In this document: positions 8,889 to 17,249 of the stretch, in pieces
Position numbering within the stretch: the first letter of the stretch is position 1
How the letters are laid out: each line of letters opens with the position of its first letter
IMG/VR virus record: IMGVR_UViG_3300043811_000226
Strand: one strand, 5' to 3'
DNA: 64,000 nucleotides
Origin: a virus
Notes under the pieces: generated by a model
What the model saw: only the letters and a program-made list of their open reading frames with translations
What the model was told of the DNA's origin: nothing
The model's database searches: none
Program-made: the position numbers and the translations under genes

Positions 8889-10457
8889 CGCGACGCCTTT
8901 GTCTCCACCGATGGTGCTCTTGAACGCGCCGGGGATGCCAACACCGAACCTGGCGCCGCGAGGCTTGGCGATCTGGGCGATGGAGGGGCCAGGTGGCGGG
9001 GAGGCCTTGGGGGCGCCTACGCTCTGGGTCTTGGCGAGCTGGCCGGCCGGCGTGAGCCCAGCCGCCCCACCTTCCTTGCGCAGCTGCTCCACGAAACGCG
9101 CGAGCTCGGCGGTCGACATCGCGTACTTGCTGCGCTTGAAGTCGCTCTGGCTGTAGGTGAGGTTGTCGGGAAGAAACGCGTCAGCTTTCTCCTTGCCCTG
9201 CTCCTTCTGCAGGAGGTTGCCCTCGCCTTTGCTCTTGCCGTTCTCGTCGACCTCGATGACCGCATCACCCTCGAGCTTGACCAGCTTGCCAGCATACTTC
9301 GAGGTGTTCTCAGGTTGCGGGTTGTGGATGTTGTCGGTCGGACCGGTCGGCATCGAGGTCTCGCCACTGTTCTTCTGGATGGCGCGGTCCAACCGCGGCG
9401 CGCGGAAGGGCGGCAGGTCGCTCGCCATCATGAAGTTGCCGCGGGTCGGTGCACTGGCAGCAGCCTTCTGCTTCTCATCCATGGCCTTGCGTGCTGTGAG
9501 CGCGCCGTAACGACCGAGTAGTCCTGCCCCAGTAGCCACACCAGAAGTAGTTGCTGCCAGATGTCCGGCAATAGCAGGGTCTAGAGCACCGAGCAGTAGA
9601 GTGGAAGGTGCCAACGGAATGAGCATCTCTTTGCCCATACCAGCGGAGGACTTAGAGGCCTGTCGTAGTACATCCTTCGACCTCTTACCGGAGCGTGCAG
9701 CCTGTTCACCAAGACTCGTCTGGTGACTCTCCGTACCACGTAGCGCAGCCTCCCCAGCAAGTGCTCCCAGTCCAGCTCCAGCCAGACCACCAATAAGACC
9801 AGCGCGAGGACTGAAAGAGCCGACCTGGTAACCAAGCGCCCCCAAGGGAACAGTGGTCATCAGGTGCGCGCCAAGGCGACCCTTCCAGCGCTGTGGTTCT
9901 GCATTCGGGTCGTCCTTCTCATCGCTCAGCAGCATGCGCCCTGCAAGACCTGCTGCGAGCGCTCCACCGGCGAGGTTGGCCGCTCCTCCCGGAACGTGCA
10001 GTGAACCTGCCGGTGCAGGGGAAGGTCCAGCAGAGCGCGCCCTTGCACGGCCGACCGAAGCGCCTTCGTTGAAGCCTGGCTTGTACTTCTCCTTGGCCAG
10101 GTTCAGGAACTTCTCCTGGACCTTCGGGGAGAGGCCCTCGGTCTCCATCATCTTCTTGAACTCGGTGTGGCTGCCACCCTTCGCGAGGTGCGGGCCGCCG
10201 ACTTGTTCCCACCACTGCCCAACGCCCATCGCCGCGAGCTTGTCGAGGAAGTCGAACCCCTCGAGCAGCGCCGCCATCCCCGCCTTGGTCAGGTCACCAT
10301 TGCCAGGTCCCACCATCGGCGTCACCGCACCACTGTTCTTCTGGATGGCCGTGCGCAGCTGCGGCGCCTTGAAGGGCGGCAGTACACTCGCCCCGCTACG
10401 GATGTCTGGGTTGAGCGGAGTCGAGTACTGGCTGGTGGAGAAGGCGAGCTTGGCCAT
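8880..10457 (-). CDS. putative internal head protein (K-x-A motif, glycine zipper, internal repeat)
   Basis: FDFLDKLAA; GLIGGLAGAGLGALAG; two copies of LPPF(K/R)APxLxxAIQKNSG; start reset to ATG 10457. Confidence 0.5.
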   Translation of the reverse strand: MAKLAFSTSQYSTPLNPDIRSGASVLPPFKAPQLRTAIQKNSGAVTPMVGPGNGDLTKAGMAALLEGFDFLDKLAAMGVGQWWEQVGGPHLAKGGSHTEFKKMMETEGLSPKVQEKFLNLAKEKYKPGFNEGASVGRARARSAGPSPAPAGSLHVPGGAANLAGGALAAGLAGRMLLSDEKDDPNAEPQRWKGRLGAHLMTTVPLGALGYQVGSFSPRAGLIGGLAGAGLGALAGEAALRGTESHQTSLGEQAARSGKRSKDVLRQASKSSAGMGKEMLIPLAPSTLLLGALDPAIAGHLAATTSGVATGAGLLGRYGALTARKAMDEKQKAAASAPTRGNFMMASDLPPFRAPRLDRAIQKNSGETSMPTGPTDNIHNPQPENTSKYAGKLVKLEGDAVIEVDENGKSKGEGNLLQKEQGKEKADAFLPDNLTYSQSDFKRSKYAMSTAELARFVEQLRKEGGAAGLTPAGQLAKTQSVGAPKASPPPGPSIAQIAKPRGARFGVGIPGAFKSTIGGDKGVALK

Positions 10458-10459
10458 GC

Positions 10460-10657
10460 CTAGGTCTGCGTCAGTCCGCATCGTTCGCAGACGGGAGCAC
10501 CGGACGGGATGGTGCTCGCAGTCTGCTTCTCCGGAAACTGAAGCTCGCATAAGGCCTTCACGAGTGCGTTCTTCTGATCCGGACGCGGGATGATCTGTGC
10601 CACCTCGTGCCAGACGCCCAAGGCACCGGGGTGCTGCGAGTATTGCGGATCGGCCAT
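10460..10657 (-). CDS. small hypothetical protein with CxxC
   Basis: SD GAGGTG before ATG 10657; CERCG near the C-terminus. Confidence 0.45.
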   Translation of the reverse strand: MADPQYSQHPGALGVWHEVAQIIPRPDQKNALVKALCELQFPEKQTASTIPSGAPVCERCGLTQT

Positions 10658-10667
10658 CGTAGTCACC

Positions 10668-12314
10668 TCAGTAGTACGTGTCGTAGTGGCTGATCGTACG
10701 CTCGATCATGAACGTCCAGACGGTGTTGTTGGAGCTGGTCGTCTGCGTGACCGTTCCGCTCAGGACGCCGCCAGACATGCTCAGCGAAAAACCGAGCCCG
10801 TTCGTCGTGGCGAGTGCGTTTAGCTTCGGGCTGTCGTCCATGTCGACGGGGTCTCCGCTGATCAGTGTCCCGTCCATCTGCACGCGCGCCCTCTTCTTGA
10901 ACCATGCGAACAGGTTTCCGCTGTAGTGAAAGCCCGTCGCCAGTGCCGTGATCGTGTACTCGACCGTGACCTCCGCCAGGGAGACGTCCACCGGCTGCAG
11001 CGCGATCGCGATCACCGGAGTAACCCCCGAGTTGGTCAGCGCGCGGCTGAACGACCTCCGGTACAGGGGTCCGTCCCCTTGATAGGGGTACAGCGCCGCC
11101 AGCTTGACGTTCCCGCTCGTCTTCGTCGCGACGTACATCGTTCCGTCGGCAGAAACCGCGATACCTCGTGACACTCCAGTGGTCGGTCCCAGACCCTGCA
11201 GGAACCGGAGGTTGTCGGGGCTGTACCTATTGAAGCCGTGGATGGCGGACACCCAGATCGAGTACCCGTCAAACTTGATCCTCGACCCAGGATTGAAGGT
11301 GTCCGTGATCGAGGCGACCAGGCTCCCGTCGCTAGCCGACAGCTTCGCTAGGACCCCCGTCGACGGGTTCAGCGTCCAGATGAAGGCGCCGTCGAAGAGC
11401 ATGTCCGTGACACCGATGGTACCGGCATTGCTGATGTCGCCGCCGACCTGCGTAAGGCTCCCGTCGGTCGTGGTCGTCGAGTACTTGCGGATCTTGCTGG
11501 TCCCCGTGAAGGACACCCAGACGTTGTCGTTGTTGTCCTTGCAGATCGCCGTAGGGTTCTCGGCGACCGTTAGTGGAGTGGAAAAGCTGCCTCCGAAGAG
11601 GAGATCCGCGTAGACCTTGCCAGCCGATGGCGCTGTCCAGAAGAACTGAATCTGTCCGTCCTGATCCACGACAACGACTCGGCCGCCCGTCCAGTCCTCA
11701 CCGCCGGCCAGGTGCTGCAGCACGCTGAAGTTGTCAGCGTTGAGGCACCCGTCGGCCCACACGTCGAGCCCGCCCTTGCCGACGGTCACGATCCCGAAGT
11801 AGCTCCCCTCAAGGATGGGACCGAAGACGACGAGGTCGTCCGGGTTGTGCGGCCCAGCCAGCGACCCGAGCTTCTCCATCCTCTGGCCGCCGATGTCGTA
11901 GGACCAAAGCTCACCTTCGCCGGCGCCCGTTCCAGCCAAGTACAGCTTGTTCGGACCCTCCTTGCTGAGGTCGAGCAGTCCGATGCCAGCTCCACAGAAC
12001 AGGCCCTCCCCACCGTCTCCGAGACCGGTGTCGATCAGCCACGGAAGGGTGTTATCCGTACCTCCCATCCAGAGGTTCGCTCCGAGCGGTCCTGCGCGCA
12101 CCGCTGAACCGTTGTCTCCAGCTGGGGCTCCGCCACCTCCACTAGGAGTCGCCCAATCTGCTGCCGACGAACTCGTCGCCGTTAGAACTTGCCCCGTCGA
12201 CGGCGTCCCGCTGACCGCAATGCCATCGAGTTTGGCGACGCCAGGATTCGGGTAGGTACCTGTCAGGTCGCCGCCTGCAGGTCCGCTCGGTGCGCCTCCG
12301 GGAATGAACGTCAT
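10668..12314 (-). CDS. tail fibre / receptor-binding-like protein
   Basis: N-terminal GPAGGDLTGTYPNP and GQVLTATSSSAADWATP fibre-type motifs; central beta-propeller-like blades (NVWVS, FIWTL, SIWVS). Confidence 0.65.
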   Translation of the reverse strand: MTFIPGGAPSGPAGGDLTGTYPNPGVAKLDGIAVSGTPSTGQVLTATSSSAADWATPSGGGGAPAGDNGSAVRAGPLGANLWMGGTDNTLPWLIDTGLGDGGEGLFCGAGIGLLDLSKEGPNKLYLAGTGAGEGELWSYDIGGQRMEKLGSLAGPHNPDDLVVFGPILEGSYFGIVTVGKGGLDVWADGCLNADNFSVLQHLAGGEDWTGGRVVVVDQDGQIQFFWTAPSAGKVYADLLFGGSFSTPLTVAENPTAICKDNNDNVWVSFTGTSKIRKYSTTTTDGSLTQVGGDISNAGTIGVTDMLFDGAFIWTLNPSTGVLAKLSASDGSLVASITDTFNPGSRIKFDGYSIWVSAIHGFNRYSPDNLRFLQGLGPTTGVSRGIAVSADGTMYVATKTSGNVKLAALYPYQGDGPLYRRSFSRALTNSGVTPVIAIALQPVDVSLAEVTVEYTITALATGFHYSGNLFAWFKKRARVQMDGTLISGDPVDMDDSPKLNALATTNGLGFSLSMSGGVLSGTVTQTTSSNNTVWTFMIERTISHYDTYY

Positions 12315-12323
12315 GGTCTCTCC

Positions 12324-12890
12324 TCAATGCCCTGCGGCTGCACGCGCTGCCTGGAACGCCTTGAAGCTGCCCTTCGGGGGCGGCTGACGTGCCGTCTGCG
12401 CGAACTGCGCCACGCGCTGAAGCTTACCCGCAATGAGGTCCGGCGTACCGGGGATGGGCGTCGTCAGGGCATTCTTCGCAGCGCCGACGAAGTCTCCGAG
12501 CACGCCGGCGTGCTTGGCGATGGCCTCGAGCTCGTCGGTGAACCCGGCCAGGGCGTATTTGCCGAGCGGCGAGACATGCTGGAGCGAGTCGGGAACATGG
12601 AACGCACCGTCTCGCTTGAAGAGACCCGCGAGCCATTCGTCGTGCGTGTGAGCACCCACAGGACGGAAGTCGAGCCCGTAGTTGATGCGCATGCCTGCAG
12701 TCTTCACGTCATCACCTGGAGTCTTGTAGATGCTCTTCGCATGCGCACGACCTTCGGTGGTCCCGTAGCCTTTAGGACTCTTTCCCAAGGCATGGCTTTG
12801 ATTCGTAGCAATGCCGAACGCCTCGGACTTCGGCATGTCCGGGTTCTTTTCAAGCAGTCTCTCGGCACGAGCATGGATCCAAGCAGGCAT
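12324..12890 (-). CDS. putative head protein (FTDELEAIAK motif; possibly ChaB-like N-terminus)
   Basis: MPAWIHARAERLLEKNPDMPKSEAFGIA; VKTAG; FTDELEAIAK. Confidence 0.5.
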   Translation of the reverse strand: MPAWIHARAERLLEKNPDMPKSEAFGIATNQSHALGKSPKGYGTTEGRAHAKSIYKTPGDDVKTAGMRINYGLDFRPVGAHTHDEWLAGLFKRDGAFHVPDSLQHVSPLGKYALAGFTDELEAIAKHAGVLGDFVGAAKNALTTPIPGTPDLIAGKLQRVAQFAQTARQPPPKGSFKAFQAARAAAGH

Positions 12891-13651
12891 TACTTTCTGC
12901 TCCTCTTCTTCAGCAGCGAGTAGACCGTATGGTACGGCCTGCCTAAAGCATCCGCTATTTCTCGGTACGTGTGCCCTTCATTATGTAGCCGCTGCAGTTC
13001 GAGTAGCTCGTCAGACTGCACGTAGCGATTGCGCCTTGTTCTGAACGTCGGCGCCCACTTATGCGACAGCTCCGGCACCGGGCATGGACCGATCCATGAA
13101 AGCCACTTCGCGACGTCGTCAACACCTAGTTCAATACGTGGGTGCTTCTTTCTGGAGTACCGAAGCCGCGGTCTGAAGCCACATAGCTCCAGTTGCTTCA
13201 ACAGTCTACGCACAGAAAGGTCGTCGAAGCCGTCTGTGCAGAAAACAATCCTGGGGTTCTGCTTGTGTAGCGAGCCGTCACCTACATACCAGTGAAGTGC
13301 AGCCAGCGGAGAGAGTACAAAGTCAGCAGGAACGATCTTCTTCTTACCAACGTACCAGCGACTACGGACAGCACTTAGCGCCGGACAGCGCTTTGAAAAA
13401 GACTGCCACATCGTTTGTGGTTTCTTGTTGAACTTACCTGGCTTTCGTATGAAGCGTGTAGGAGTACCACCTAGCCTGTGCAGAGCAGCAAAGGCATACG
13501 CGGCCTGGCCCTGGTATGCTGTCTGTAGTTGGAAGCGCGCGTTGGTGTACCGCCTACCGATTACCAAGGAGCCGTCACCAAGGAGCTCACCCTCAAGTGT
13601 GGCAAGCTCGCAAGCTGTGAGAACTAAGCTGGTCAGTGTGGATGCAGGCAT
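12890..13651 (-). CDS. free-standing two-motif LAGLIDADG homing endonuclease with C-terminal HTH
   Basis: LEGELLGDGSL and LAALHWYVGDGSL motifs; TYREIADALGRPYHTVYSLL; lower GC than flanks. Confidence 0.88.
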   Translation of the reverse strand: MPASTLTSLVLTACELATLEGELLGDGSLVIGRRYTNARFQLQTAYQGQAAYAFAALHRLGGTPTRFIRKPGKFNKKPQTMWQSFSKRCPALSAVRSRWYVGKKKIVPADFVLSPLAALHWYVGDGSLHKQNPRIVFCTDGFDDLSVRRLLKQLELCGFRPRLRYSRKKHPRIELGVDDVAKWLSWIGPCPVPELSHKWAPTFRTRRNRYVQSDELLELQRLHNEGHTYREIADALGRPYHTVYSLLKKRSRK

Positions 13652-13655
13652 CGCA

Positions 13656-14057
13656 TCACCTCGAGAAACCAGAAGGGGTTGGTGCGTCGGTCATGGCGCC
13701 CTGGTTCTTGTCGTACTGACCTTCGTGCACCTGGCCCATGTACTTCTTCAAGCGCCCCATCTCCGCGCGCTGGTCGAGCGAGCTGCGGAAGAGTGGCATC
13801 GCGCCCATCCCGATGGCACCCGCCGCCGCCGCGCCACCAAGACTCCGACCCACAGGCAGACGACCGTGCTCAATGCTGTGGCTGACCGCCTTGCCGACCG
13901 CGCCGGCGCCCGCACCAAGCACCCCGTAGCGCGCAACTTGCCCTCCCGTCGGCTTGTTCTTCTCGAGTGACTCGAGTCGATCAAGCGACGCACGCGCCTG
14001 CTCATCGGAGATGACTCCTAGTTTCACAAGTTCGTCGAGGAAGGCGACTTTGTTCAT
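13656..14057 (-). CDS. putative head protein (FLDELVKLG, glycine zipper)
   Basis: MNKVAFLDELVKLG; GVLGAGAGAVG. Confidence 0.55.
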   Translation of the reverse strand: MNKVAFLDELVKLGVISDEQARASLDRLESLEKNKPTGGQVARYGVLGAGAGAVGKAVSHSIEHGRLPVGRSLGGAAAAGAIGMGAMPLFRSSLDQRAEMGRLKKYMGQVHEGQYDKNQGAMTDAPTPSGFSR

Positions 14058-14569
14058 GCCGCGTGCTTCTTGCCATTGCCGAGCAGCATCTCCGGAATAG
14101 ACCCAGCGCCGTAACCCATGGCGGCGCCAGACAGAGGGTTCTTGCCGAGGCCACCTGCCAGTGCAGCACCCGCCGTTGCGCCGATGGCAGGACCTGCTTC
14201 AGCCAGCCCGGAATGCAGCGCCTTGCCCACGTCGAACGCTGCTTCCTTGACGAAGGCAGCGGCCACCTTGAACACACCAACGTCGACGCCCGCTGCCTTC
14301 TTCTCCTTCACCATCCCCGGGAACTTGCGCGCGACGTCCTTGCGCACCTCGGAGAGGTCCTTCTTGTCGTGGTGCATGGCCGCAAGTCCAAGCGCGGCCT
14401 TGGCGTGCGCTCTGTCCTCGATGGGGTAGGCCGGCTTGCCTGTATTGGAGGCCTTCGCACTGACAGCGAAGTCTTTATTCGGAAGGTCAGCGCGCGCCGA
14501 TGGAGTCAGGTCGGCTGCGATCTTCGTGAGCTCGTCGAGAAACCCGCTCTTCACCGTAATGAGGTCCAT
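14054..14569 (-). CDS. putative head protein (FLDELTKIA; small YPI..RAHA domain)
   Basis: SD GTAGGAG, ATG 14569; LTPSARADLPNKDFA...YPIEDRAHAKAAL resembles a small phage domain (DUF6582-like, from recall). Confidence 0.55.
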   Translation of the reverse strand: MDLITVKSGFLDELTKIAADLTPSARADLPNKDFAVSAKASNTGKPAYPIEDRAHAKAALGLAAMHHDKKDLSEVRKDVARKFPGMVKEKKAAGVDVGVFKVAAAFVKEAAFDVGKALHSGLAEAGPAIGATAGAALAGGLGKNPLSGAAMGYGAGSIPEMLLGNGKKHAA

Positions 14570-14579
14570 CGTTGTTCTC

Positions 14580-15632
14580 CTACACTTGAACCGCTCGCCG
14601 CCCAAAGCGCGAGCTCAATGCGTCCACACCCGCTGCCCCCGCAGACCCTGCCGCACTACGCAGCATGCTACCCATCACATCAGCACCCATAGCCACACCA
14701 GGAGCGGCTGACCCAGCGACACCTGCCAGCTGCGGCAAGGCCTTGGTCAGCGCCGCGTGCGCTGTCCCTTGCGGGTTGAGCTTTGCCGCGCGAGACGCCG
14801 CGTGCCCAAGACCAGTCGCGCCCACCTCGGCGAGAGTGCCCGCCGGGTTGACCACGTGCAAGGCTGCCTTGGCCACCGACTTCAAACCACCCGCCTTGAG
14901 GTCCGCTCCCTTGCCGGCAACCGCCTGCCCCACCCCGTAACGCAGACCCCCTGCAGCCCCGGGAGCGGCGGTCTCCATCAGATGCTGGCCGGCGTGCACA
15001 AGTCCATGGCCCGCGGCTCCCGTCTCGATGGGGGCATTGAACGCGTGCACCAACTTGCTGGCGCCGACCATCCCTCCACGCTCGAGGGCACCACCGAGTG
15101 CTGAAGCACCCGAACCGATGGCCTTGCGCGCCAGGCCGATGACGGCCTCTTTGAGCAGCTCCTCGGCCGCAATCTTCTCGAACTCGTCGACGAACGCCGC
15201 CATGACGAGCTCCGCGTGTCCCACCTTGAAGCGCGGAGGAGCCACCGTGCCCGCCGTCTGCGTTACCGACGTCGCAGCAGGGCTGATGTACTTCGTCAGG
15301 CCGAAGTCCCCGGAACCGAAGATGGGGGCCTTGCCTGGCTTGGGGATGTGCAGCGACCCGAGCCCCTTCATTGCCGCCGGCGGCAAGGCGTTGGCGAAGG
15401 CCGAGTCCTTCTCGTCCGCCGCCATCTTCATAGCCGAAGGCATCATCGTGTGCGCGTACTGGTCGGCTGCGTGAAAGCCCGGCATGTGCCCCACCTGCAC
15501 GCCCTTCCACACGCCATTGATCATCGGCGCCTTGCTGGGAGTGGGCAGCCTGCCAAGCGCGCGCGCCGCACCAGACGCGCCCGGAAGCAGGGCGTTGGCG
15601 AAGGCACTGTCCTTCTCTTTGATGGGGGTCAC
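14580..15632 (-). CDS. putative head protein (FVDEFEKIA, Ala/Gly-rich)
   Basis: two EKDSAFANAL repeats; AAFVDEFEKIAAEELLKEA. Confidence 0.55.
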   Translation of the reverse strand: MTPIKEKDSAFANALLPGASGAARALGRLPTPSKAPMINGVWKGVQVGHMPGFHAADQYAHTMMPSAMKMAADEKDSAFANALPPAAMKGLGSLHIPKPGKAPIFGSGDFGLTKYISPAATSVTQTAGTVAPPRFKVGHAELVMAAFVDEFEKIAAEELLKEAVIGLARKAIGSGASALGGALERGGMVGASKLVHAFNAPIETGAAGHGLVHAGQHLMETAAPGAAGGLRYGVGQAVAGKGADLKAGGLKSVAKAALHVVNPAGTLAEVGATGLGHAASRAAKLNPQGTAHAALTKALPQLAGVAGSAAPGVAMGADVMGSMLRSAAGSAGAAGVDALSSRFGRRAVQV

Positions 15633-16258
15633 GTGTGCTCCGCGGGACTGTTGAACGCACCGATGCCAGACGAGTTCTGCGCGAGACCTGTCACCGTGGT
15701 GGCATTGTCTCGTTGGTCGTATCGGTCGACCTTGTTCATGTCGCTGTCGGCCGTGGGAGTGTTGCCCTTCTTCGGCTTGCGCGCGCTCTGGTCATTGGTG
15801 ATGAGACGCCCGGGGGGCTGGGTGATGCGTCCATCAGGAGAGGCCGTATCCATGTTCGCCTGCGTCGGCACGTACCCGGGCTTGGGCGCCGTATTGTTGC
15901 CAGCGCGCATGTCTTCTCCCGTCGTCACGGGAAGCGTCTGAGTGACGGCTCCAGGAACCATGCCGGTCTTCGCCTGCATCGGAATGTTGGTCGGATCCTT
16001 GGTTGGCACCTGACCGGGGCGCTTGGGGGGTTGGGCAGCGCCCGGGTCATCGGCTCCCGAGCCGCGTACGTCCTGTGGGTTGCCTTGGCTATCCGCCTTC
16101 TTCTGCTTGTAGAGCGTCCCGGCGTTGTGCTTTTTGATGAGGTTGTCCACGGAGATGGGCCGTACGCCGGTCCGGCTCTTGGACACCTCTGTCAAACCGT
16201 GCGACGCCGAGATCTTCTCGAGCTCGTCGACCATCGCAGTGAGCTGTGCAGCGTCCAC
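15629..16258 (-). CDS. putative head protein (MVDELEKIS)
   Basis: AMVDELEKISA; three P(K/R)xGxxPT repeats. Confidence 0.55.
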   Translation of the reverse strand: MDAAQLTAMVDELEKISASHGLTEVSKSRTGVRPISVDNLIKKHNAGTLYKQKKADSQGNPQDVRGSGADDPGAAQPPKRPGQVPTKDPTNIPMQAKTGMVPGAVTQTLPVTTGEDMRAGNNTAPKPGYVPTQANMDTASPDGRITQPPGRLITNDQSARKPKKGNTPTADSDMNKVDRYDQRDNATTVTGLAQNSSGIGAFNSPAEHT

Positions 16259-16315
16259 ACGGGAAGATTACCAGCCACATCGCCAGAAGGGGAGGCTGTG
16301 CTAGCCTGAAGTCCC

Positions 16316-16582
16316 ATGAAGCACGGGTGTTTGGGACTTCTGCTTCTTCTGGCCGGCTGCAGTGGTGGTGCGAACGACGTCATCGCCAAGGACGCGAAGA
16401 ACGCGGCGCTCGACGAGCTTCTCATCGAACAGATCTGCGCCCCCGAACTCGACGACGCAGGCACCTGCAAGCCAAGCCAGGTACGCGGGATGGAACGCGC
16501 CGCCTTCTGCGCGAACTCGAACATCCTCTTCAAGTTGAACCAGACGGTGCCCGACTCCGGCATCTCCTGCCCGACGCCATGA
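16316..16582 (+). CDS. small lipoprotein
   Basis: signal peptide with lipobox LLLLLAGC; four further Cys. Confidence 0.7.
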   Translation: MKHGCLGLLLLLAGCSGGANDVIAKDAKNAALDELLIEQICAPELDDAGTCKPSQVRGMERAAFCANSNILFKLNQTVPDSGISCPTP

Positions 16583-16854
16583 CCACGGAAGACGAAGAGA
16601 AGGTCTCGGCCCTCATCGCGAAGGCTGCCACGCTCACCGGCATGAGCACCCAAGAGCTGCAGGACTTCCTGTCGATGACGCCGGAGATGCAGAAGCAGGC
16701 CGTACAGACCTACGTCGACGCGGACTGGGTGAAGAACCGAGACACCCTCGCCGACGTCATCTCGGTGCTACAGATCATCGGCACCATCGCAAGTGTGGTC
16801 TCAGGGGTCGCCGGCGCCGCGACGGCAGTGCAGGCCCTGCGTTCTCTTCTTTGA
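16579..16854 (+). CDS. small protein with C-terminal hydrophobic helix
   Basis: ATGA overlap with the lipoprotein stop; VISVLQIIGTIASVVSGVAGAATAV. Confidence 0.65.
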   Translation: MTTEDEEKVSALIAKAATLTGMSTQELQDFLSMTPEMQKQAVQTYVDADWVKNRDTLADVISVLQIIGTIASVVSGVAGAATAVQALRSLL

Positions 16855-16858
16855 CCCC

Positions 16859-16886
16859 TTGACGCTCAAAGAAGAGGTCTTACGCT
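16859..16886 (+). promoter_or_regulatory. sigma70-type promoter for the PTH2/tRNA-like locus
   Basis: TTGACG-N16-TACGCT. Confidence 0.6.
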
Positions 16887-16955
16887 ACCCCTCCATGAAC
16901 TGCTGCCTATAACGCCGTCCCCCTCGAGGCCTCCCCTCTCTACCACTACGTCATC

Positions 16956-17243
16956 GTGAGAGCGGACCTGCCGCGCGGCCTTCAAGCCGCCCAAATTGTA
17001 CATGCCGCGGGAGAAAGTAGCCCCGGCAACCTGCCATCCGGCACCCACGCAGTCTGCCTCGTCGTTCCTGGAGAGAAGGAACTGGGCGAGCTCGAGACCA
17101 AGCTTAGGCGGGCCGGTATCCAGCACTCGACCATCATCGAGAGTGACAGCCCCTACACAGCCCAGCGCATGGCCATTGGCTGCGCGCCCGCAGGAAAGGA
17201 GGTGCTGCGTCGCTACTTGTCGGCGCTGCCCTTGCTCCGGTAG
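16956..17243 (+). CDS. pth2: peptidyl-tRNA hydrolase, PTH2-like (true N-terminus probably upstream of this GTG)
   Basis: YHYVIVRADLPRGLQAAQIVHAA motif; SDSPYTAQRMAIGCAP; in-frame coding extends to 16899. Confidence 0.8.
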   Translation: MRADLPRGLQAAQIVHAAGESSPGNLPSGTHAVCLVVPGEKELGELETKLRRAGIQHSTIIESDSPYTAQRMAIGCAPAGKEVLRRYLSALPLLR

Positions 17244-17249
17244 AACAAC

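Noticed and set aside
12890-13651. Intein interpretation of the LAGLIDADG ORF
   Set aside because: It has its own start and stop, with no N-terminal Cys/Ser block or C-terminal His-Asn splice motif.
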